Shown here: positions 55,688-64,000 of the stretch, one piece after another | Position numbering within the stretch: the first letter of the stretch is position 1 | Layout: every line of letters begins with the position of its first letter | Source: Octopus sinensis | Taxonomy: Eukaryota | Direction of reading: 5' to 3' | Length of the DNA: 64,000 nt | NCBI RefSeq assembly: GCF_006345805.1 | Contig: NC_043003.1 | Coordinates: 108,252,001-108,316,000, forward strand | Made by a program: the position numbers and the translations under genes | The notes under the pieces: generated by a model | Database searches by the model: none | What the model saw: the letters and a program-made list of their open reading frames with translations, nothing else | What the model was told of the DNA's origin: nothing

Positions 55688-56883
55688 TATGTTATATGAA
55701 GTATCCTGCTAGCTCTATATGTTATATGAAGTATCCTGCTAGCTCTATATGTTATATGAAGTATCCTGCTAGCTCTATATGTTATATGAAGTATCCTGCT
55801 AGCTCTATATGTTATATGAAGTATCCTGCTAGCTCTATATGTTATATGAAGTATCCTGCTAGCTCTATATGTTATATGAAGTATCCTGCTAGCTCTATAT
55901 GTTATATGAAGTATCCTGCTAGCTCTATATGTTATATGAAGTATCCTGCTAGCTCTATATGTTATATGAAGTATCCTGCTAGCTCTATATGTTTATGAAG
56001 TATCCTGCTAGCTCTATATTGTTATATGAAGTATCCTGCTAGCTCTATATGTATATGAAGTATCCTGCTAGCTCTATATGTTATATGAAGTATCCTGCTA
56101 GCTCTATATGTTATATGAAGTATCCTGCTAGCTCTATATGTTTATGAAGTATCCTGCTAGCTCTATATGTTATATGAAGTATCCTGCTAGCTCTATATGT
56201 TATATGAAGTATCCTGCTAGCTCTATATGTTATATGAAGTATCCTGCTAGCTCTATATGTTATATGAAGTATCCTGCTAGCTCTATATGTTATATGAAGT
56301 ATCCTGCTAGCTCTATATGTTATATGAAGTATCTGCTAGCTCTATATGTTATATGAAGTATCCTGCTAGCTCTATATGTTATATGAAGTATCCTGCTCTC
56401 TATATGTTATATGAAGTATCCTGCTAGCTCTATATGTTATATGAAGTATCCTGCTAGCTCTATATGTTATATGAAGTATCCGCTAGCTCTATATGTTATA
56501 TGAAGTATCCTGCTAGCTCTATATGTTATATGAAGTATCCTGCTAGCTCTATATGTTATATGAAGTATCCTGCTAGCTCTATATGTTATATGAAGTATCC
56601 TGCTAGCTCTATATGTTATATGAAGTATCCTGCTAGCTCATATGTTATATGAAGTTCCTGCTAGCTCTATATGTTATATGAAGTATCCTGCTAGCTCTAT
56701 ATGTTATAGAAGTATCCTGCTAGCTCTATATGTTATATGAAGTATCCTGCTAGCTCTATATGTTATATGAAGTATCCTGCTAGCTCTATATGTTATATGA
56801 AGTATCCTGCTAGCTCTATATGTTATATGAAGTATCCTGCTAGCTCTATATGTTATATGAAGTATCCTGCTAGCTCTATATGT
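55688..56883. repeat. 30-bp minisatellite, ~40 copies (TATGTTATATGAAGTATCCTGCTAGCTCTA)
   Basis: Direct reading; very homogeneous. Confidence 0.98.
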
Positions 56884-57550
56884 AGCGTCAAAGTTGTATA
56901 GTTAAGATATCCTTTCTACTATAAGCATAAGGCCTGACATTTGGGGAGAACTAATCGATTACATCGACACCTGTACTCAAATGGTATTTATTTTGACGGC
57001 ACCAAAAGAATGAAAGGCTAAGTCGATCTCGGCGGCAATTGATCACAAAACAGTGTGTATAGTGAATATATCAAAATCAATTTATAAAACTGTCACGTTT
57101 TTTGTTGAATTTCGCTTACGCGGGCCTCTGCAACCAGCTATATACACCTGCTTTAGTTTCATTTGGAGCTTCTCTCAAATTGGTACATGTAAAGTATAGC
57201 ACAATTCAAGCGGCGCTAGATGATATACAAGATGCCTTGCGGTGTTTAGTTGCCTACGATTTACATTCTGTCTTTAAGTCAATACAAGAGCGGCTGTGCC
57301 TTTCATCCTTTAGAATTCGGTAAAATAAGAACTTGTTCAGTACTGATCCACTATATCTAATTAATATATTATCTGGAAAAAAACTTTGACTATCCGTTAA
57401 AGGATTTACCACTGATCTACTTTATACCATAATCCTCGGCTAGCAAAAACATCTTGAATTTTAGATGGCTTCGGCAAATTAAATCAACACTTCTTAAAGC
57501 AGTTGTTATCGTGTTCTTTCATTTATTTTTAGTTTAACTAACGAGCAGCA

Positions 57551-57631
57551 ATGAAAGATATATTCCTAATGACACTATTACTATGGTTGTGTGTTGTTCC
57601 TGAAGCTTTCTGTTCAACGTCGAAGTCTTCA
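57551..57631 (+). CDS. First coding exon of a secreted protein (signal peptide MKDIFLMTLLLWLCVVPEAFC|STSKSS)
   Basis: Acceptor ttctttcatttatttttag| (exon starts 57533), gcaATG, hydrophobic core with A-x-C cleavage site, donor |gtaagt, then a 79-nt GT-AG intron. Confidence 0.7.
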
Positions 57632-57710
57632 GTAAGTATCTTAAAATATTTCACAATAGCTTTCCAAACGACCCCCATGAACTGATTTGATTTTATTCTC
57701 TATTCTTCAG

Positions 57711-58060
57711 TTAGTTCTGTATGTTATAAACATATTTCCTAAACTGGAGTATGTAGCCAGAAGATCATAAATGCATAAGAAAAAGAGAAAATAATATTAA
57801 ATGATGTGTGCGAATATAGATGATAGTCGAATTGATAGATTACTAGACAATCATCTAGCCGAGAGTTAACAAAGTTTTATCCTATTACCGAAACTGTGGC
57901 GTATCCATGGCAAAGACACTTCTCTCTCAACAGCCGTGAGACACACTGTAATTCGTTAGTATACAGTTCAGTAATTCTGCGTGCGTGTAAAGCACCCTGG
58001 GATGATAGACTGGCAACGTGTCCACATGACGATTTATTTCCCATCCAATTATCGCCGTGA
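57711..58060 (+). CDS. Downstream exon(s) of the putative secreted protein; structure uncertain
   Basis: Strong acceptor ttttattctctattcttcag| at 57710; either exons 57711-57748 plus 57934-58060 (in phase) or one larger frameshifted exon. Confidence 0.4.
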
Positions 58061-58875
58061 AAATAAGATGTAATCATCAGCTAGGTGAACGCCAGCAGTA
58101 AGGGAGTTGAAGAGGATGCTAAATTTAATTTTGGAGAATAGACACCCATAAGTAAATGTGGATTACTGAAGTAAATGTAGATTGATTATTGAGAATACTT
58201 TCAGGCGAAAGTAACAAGAGAAACTGAGGAGAAATATGAACAGTTAACCTCAAATGAGTGGAACGAAAGTGAAAGTAAAATATGAAAATTGTACAAATTG
58301 TAATTATGCATTTAGGCTGAGAAACGACTGAAATTACAAGGAAGGCGAAGAAATTAATTAAATGAAAGAGAGAAACTGAAGTATGTATGCACATGCACAT
58401 AATTATGCTGTGTGAAAGTGAAACAATGTCAAGAGGGGTACTAACTACCTGGAATTACATAAAAAGGAAAATTTCTGTCTTAAAGAGCCACAAAAACTTG
58501 GCAGTCAGTCAAATGTTAATGGTCAAATATAAGAAAATAGTAGTCTTAATTTCTATGGTCTTCATGCCGAAAATTTCGAAAGAGAGGAATGTTGTCAATA
58601 TAATCTATAAATAGTATATTACTGGTAGTTACTTTAATGCGCCTGTAAATTTGAAGCAAAGTTTATCGTCACAGAAACTGAACTCAGAATGTAAAAGGAT
58701 TCAAATGTCGTTCGACAACGCATCCGTCGCTTTGACTATTCTCTCTTATATTGTCGAAAGTTTTAATATAAATATATTGTTAGGTACATACATATGTATG
58801 CATGCATGTATGTATGTGTGTATGTATGTATGTGTGTATGTATGTACGTATACATGTACACACATACACACACAC

Positions 58876-58941
<66 letters not shown>

Positions 58942-59429
58942 GTAGGCGTGGCTATATGGTTATAAGTTTGCTTCCAAACCGTAGGCTTCTAGCCCAGTTC
59001 CATTGCGTGAAACCTTCAGCAAGTGTCTTCTTCTATAGCCTCGGGTCAACCAAAGCCTTGTGATTGGATTTGGTAACTGAAAATACATCCGCAATTCCAT
59101 AGTTTCCGTAGATTTTATAGAAAGAAAAGTAAGAGTATGTAATTTCGTTTTATACTTTTGGTTTATCTGTCGTTTTATCTATCGCTTTAATTTTGTCTGA
59201 AAATTGCTGAAAGACAGTACGATCTAATGAAGGACTTATTCAAAATAATCATAAGAAGAGATGCATTTTACACCTTTGCTAGATGGTTGTGAATACGCAA
59301 TGTGTCAATTCTATCCTCTTGCCAATGTACTACGGATGTGGTGATGTGTGGAAACAATCGTAGTGAAATAAAGAACGTTTAATTCAGTGTTTTATTCTTC
59401 TTTACAGACATACACACACATACACACGT

Positions 59430-59461
<32 letters not shown>

Positions 59462-59893
59462 GCACGCACACACACACACACATATGCATACATATATCTG
59501 TGTATGTGTATACATACATTCCTAAATATTTATATACAAATATGTGTGTGTGTGTGTCTGTGTGAGTGTATCGATTGCCAGTTGATAGCTTCTAATTTTC
59601 TCTGGTGATAATTTTAATATAATATTTAATAGGATTATTACCATTAAAAATTGAAGTTTTAACAAGTAGCGAAATTAAAAACTAGCAGTTTGCAGTCTGG
59701 ATATTTTATGAACACAAGAAGAGGCCATGCTGTTAATATCAGCACAGAATAAACTTGTTCGTCATTGTGTTTTCCCACACCACCTAATATGACATACACT
59801 TATACACATGTACTCGTGCATACACTCGCAAGTGTTTTAATGTATGTGTGAGTCATGTGGACGGAGAAGTAAAATGAACGTATTCAACAATTG

Positions 59894-60307
59894 GGATCTT
59901 TTCGGCTTGAACGGCAGTTTTTAACATAATTTCTAGGTAACTAAAAAATGTTAAACTTCGTATACTGGTAGAATGTGTTTATAAAACATCGTTTTCTCTT
60001 AGCTTTATTGAGAAAATTCTATAGTTTGTAAGATATTTGTTGTTTTTTCTTCAATTTCTGCAATTTCAACCAATCACTGACGTCTATTGATGTAAAAAAC
60101 ATTCTGTGCCGTATGAATATGTCCCTCGTTTAACAAACAGATTGGGTTTATTTACATTTGTGAAAAAAAAAAGATACCCTTCCCCTCAACCCTAACCCTA
60201 ACCCTAAAACAGATTGAAATACAATAGATCGATACTAGGGCCATAATTATGGGTGACAATTTCATATGACACCGCTAGAAAAACTGCCGTTCAAACCGAA
60301 AAGATCC
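59894..60307. mobile_element. MITE with ~28-bp TIRs, 8-bp TSD and internal telomeric repeats
   Basis: ggatcttttcggcttgaacggcagtttt and aaaactgccgttcaaaccgaaaagatcc; TSD aacaattg; (CCCTAA)-type run at ~60188-60207. Confidence 0.88.
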
Positions 60308-60869
60308 AACAATTGTAATGTTCGTAATATTATCATTATTTTTACACATCTATGACGTTTTAAATAGAAACTACTTGAACTTCCAGCAAACATCTAAGAG
60401 TCTTAAGTTACAAGATCCATTTTCTACATAAAGAATAAATATGTGAAAAAAATCCTTCTGTCTATATGCATACAACATCAGCTTCCTATATTTCTATGCA
60501 AATGCACATACTTAAATGGGCAAGAAATACAAAAAAATAATACGTGATGGGTCGTAATTGATTTTCCAAAGCAACAAAAACATAGACACGTGTCATTCTA
60601 TTTTCTGTTTCCGTTTTCATCCTTCTCTAGTATGTCTGCATCATTATGAAAAGATTCCTGTCCTGTAAATTAACAGAAAAATTGACATATTCTAAGACCG
60701 CATCTATAGGCAATTTTTTTAAAATCTCGACGCAATTGTAACGTATTAATTGGAACATAATTACATACATAGATGAAAAAAATCAGTGCGTACATAAAAT
60801 ACATACATACAAACATAAGTAGACAGACAGACAGACAATCAGACAGAGAGACGGACGGACAGATCCTTA

Positions 60870-61615
60870 TCAAGATCCTTTTACTAATGTATCCAGTCGT
60901 TGGGATGTCACTCTAAGCGCTTTCGTAGTCAGCCGTCGCCACTGGTCTCTGTTCTCTGTCATGCGTAGCAGGCTCGCGGTGTTGTGACCTGTCCAGTCCT
61001 TGATGTTGTCAAACCAGGATTTTCTGTCTACCTTTCTTTCGCCCGCCCTCAACTGTGCCCTAAACAATGGTTTTGGACAGGGATTTGTGGCGGGATACCT
61101 GACCATACCAGGCAAGCTTTCGTCTTTTTACCTGTGCAAGGAGTGGTTCATGTCTACCAACATATCTGTTTGATTTGCTGCCTGACTAAGCTGCTTGTTT
61201 TGCGCTGTGTACGGGATGTGTAGCAGCCTTCTAAAACACCTGTGCTCAAATGCCTGGATTCTTCTCTTAGTGTCAACTGTAAGAGTCCAGCTCTCGCCCA
61301 ATACAGAAGGATCGAAATCGCCAGGGAATCGTACACTCTGAGCCTTGTTGGAAGCCTAAGAAAATAGCTTTTCCATATGTTGTGCAGCTTCGTCATGACA
61401 ACGTTCAGTCTTGTTGATATTTCTTATCCAGATCGGCCGTCCTTGATCAAAGTGGATCCTAAGTACTCGAAGGTGTCCACTTTGTTAAGTCTTCCTCCAT
61501 TCAGCATAATGTTGCTTGGTGTGTTTTGATTGCTACCATTAACCAGGATTTTGCTTATTCCTGGATTGATTTCCATCCTGTATGCCCCTGATACTTTTTT
61601 CCAGTTTGGATGGAA
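60870..61615 (-). mobile_element. RTE-clade LINE 3' fragment
   Basis: MEINP..SKILVN, VDTFEYLGS, KLHNIWKS..RLRVYDSLAISILLY, RKSWFDNIKDWTG..ENRDQWRRL. Confidence 0.85.
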
Positions 61616-61728
61616 GGATAGATAAATCAATATATATCAAGAGAGAGGGAATGTGTGTGAGACTGATTAACTGAACGGACAGACAGACAGACAGACAGAG
61701 AGATAGGCAGACAGACAGACAGACAGAC

Positions 61729-61868
<140 letters not shown>

Positions 61869-62639
61869 TCATTCAATAAGTTATTGAATGATCGATTGGT
61901 TAAAACCAATATAGAACATAATCAGATACAGAAAAAAAGCTACAGGTAAAGCATAAAAGCAACTGACAAATATAAGTTGCATCTTGTAAATCCATTTCAA
62001 TAATCCTGCCATTTTGTTCTTTTATGTAATCCAAGCTACATTCTCAATGATGAAACAATCTTTCAGCAGATTATCAATTGACAAATCTGTCAGTATTTCA
62101 GTAGTTCTGAAGAACTACGCTGAAGTCGATACCTATCAACCGTTACTGTTTCCATTCTCCCTTGTGCCTTTAGAAAGTTTATCTCTAGCATATTGACTAG
62201 ATTTCGATTCACCAAATATATGTGTAAGGGGTATTTCGCTGTTATTTCGAAATATAACATTCATCTCACAACTTGGTGAATGAAGATATGAATGAATATA
62301 TACCTATGTATAATGTGTGAATGTATGTGGTTAAAAAACTCGCTTTGCAAAAAGCATATGTGTATATGAATATATGTATACAAGTATACATGTATGTATA
62401 TATGTATGCGTAAATATATATAATTCAGTGTATAGATGTGTGTCTATGAGTGTACATATGTACATATGTATGCGTCTGCACAGGCACATGCAAAATGAAG
62501 ATCCCATACACACTCATTCTTTATTGAAAACATTAATTAAACGTATTAATTAGAAGTATTACTTAAAGTATTATTTTGGAACATTGCTTAAACAGCAGAG
62601 CAATTTTGTCTTCGACTGTATGGGGTTTATGATGCTTAT

Positions 62640-63010
62640 AATATTGGTTTCAAATTTTGGCACAAGATCAGTAATTTAAAGAGAGGGAGTAAATCATTTA
62701 CATCGACCCAGTACCAAACTGGTACTTATTTTATCGACCTCAAAAGGATGAAAGGCAAAGTTAATCTCGGCAGAATTTGAACTCAGAACGTAAAGACGTG
62801 CGAAATGCCGCTAAGCATTTCGCCCAGCGTGCTAACGATTCTACCTGTTCGCTGCCTTTATGATATGCATTATATTGATTTCAAATTTTGGCACAAGGCC
62901 AGCAATTTCTGGAGAGAGTGTTAGTCGATTAAATCGACCCCAGTACTCAACTGGTACTTGTTTTTGCCTTTTACCCGGAAAGGATGAAAGGCAAAGCTGA
63001 CCTCTGCCAG
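62640..63010 (-). mobile_element. Two tandem Nin/Deu-type SINE copies
   Basis: aaattttggcacaag..atcgacc..ctggtactt..aaaggatgaaaggcaaag repeated. Confidence 0.8.
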
Positions 63011-63402
63011 CCGGCCACCTTTGTGATGTTTATGATATTACTACGAAAACCAGAAAGGAAATAAAAAGCGTGATCATGAAGCAGCCGTTTTCGCATGTGT
63101 CGTTCACAAAGATACTTAAACGAAAGAGCATAAGTATAAGCGTTTCCCTCAAACGTTCATTTCATATCTCAGAAATATTCAAAGAAGGAATATTCAAAGG
63201 AAAGTCAGGCTGGGTTTCCCAGATGATGAATCAGAAACAAGCAAGTCTAAAAACTAGAAATCGAATCCTTTTAGCTATAACATATTAAAGAATTCTCTAC
63301 ATTTGTGCTGTCCTGTCATTTATGGCTTCTGGTGAATCAAGACAGATTTATACCTGCATACATACGTACATACATACTGATTTATATATGTATATATGTA
63401 TG

Positions 63403-63435
<33 letters not shown>

Positions 63436-63450
63436 GAATATGTATATATT

Positions 63451-63481
<31 letters not shown>

Positions 63482-63711
63482 GTTGTATATATACATGTAT
63501 ACGATATATATATATGTATGTATATAAGTGTGTATATGTTTGCATGTAAACCAAGTTCATACATAAATATGTTTATGTTTATTTATGTCTATATATATGA
63601 ATATACATATGTATGTATGTATGTATGCAGGTAGGTAGGTACGTACGTACGTAGTTGGGTAGGTAGGTAGGTAGGTAGGTAGTAGGTACGTGGTTGGATG
63701 AATTTTGGTGG

Positions 63712-63742
<31 letters not shown>

Positions 63743-63751
63743 GATAAATAA

Positions 63752-63840
<89 letters not shown>

Positions 63841-64000
63841 GAAATAGATTTAAAATCACTATAAGAATATAATCAGATGCAGTGAAAAACTAGTTAATGA
63901 ATAAAATCTACTGACAAATGTAAGTTGTATCTTGTAAATCCATTCCAATAATCCTTGCTTTTTATTTAATCCAAACTGCATTCTCAGTAATGAAACTTAG

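Noticed and set aside
55663-56652. ICYMKYPASS repeat protein or CRISPR-like array
   Set aside because: Head-to-tail units with no spacers, frequent frameshifts, no cas genes, eukaryotic context
60188-60207. True telomere or chromosome-fusion scar
   Set aside because: Only about three units, and internal to a TIR element

Overview
AT-rich, microsatellite-dense animal DNA. The repeat content (tRNA-derived CORE-type and Nin/Deu-type SINEs, R4/Dong LINEs, very dense TA/GATA/TATG tracts) suggests a cephalopod such as Octopus; this is inference, not a database match. Nearly all long ORFs in the track are simple-repeat artefacts. The real content is a set of decayed transposons: R4/Dong LINEs in (TAA)n, a Tx1-clade LINE in (GATA)n, RTE, mariner, MULE, Helitron, two MITEs, and a Tigger/pogo element whose acidic C-terminal coding segment has expanded into a ~9.3 kb array of 31-bp units. 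There are also scattered splice-signal-bounded host exons, including a clear signal-peptide exon at 57.5 kb. The most notable hidden feature is a set of minimal type I hammerhead ribozymes read by eye: 7 motifs with a complete fold at 5 loci, plus 2 degenerate and 1 partial. They lie in short inserts next to (TA)n tracts, often in fold-back elements carrying one ribozyme per strand, and include a U3-A8 compensatory core variant. This fits Penelope-like or retrozyme-type termini. A SINE 3' tail also matches the Tx1 LINE 3' stem-loop. All coordinates were read manually and element edges are approximate.
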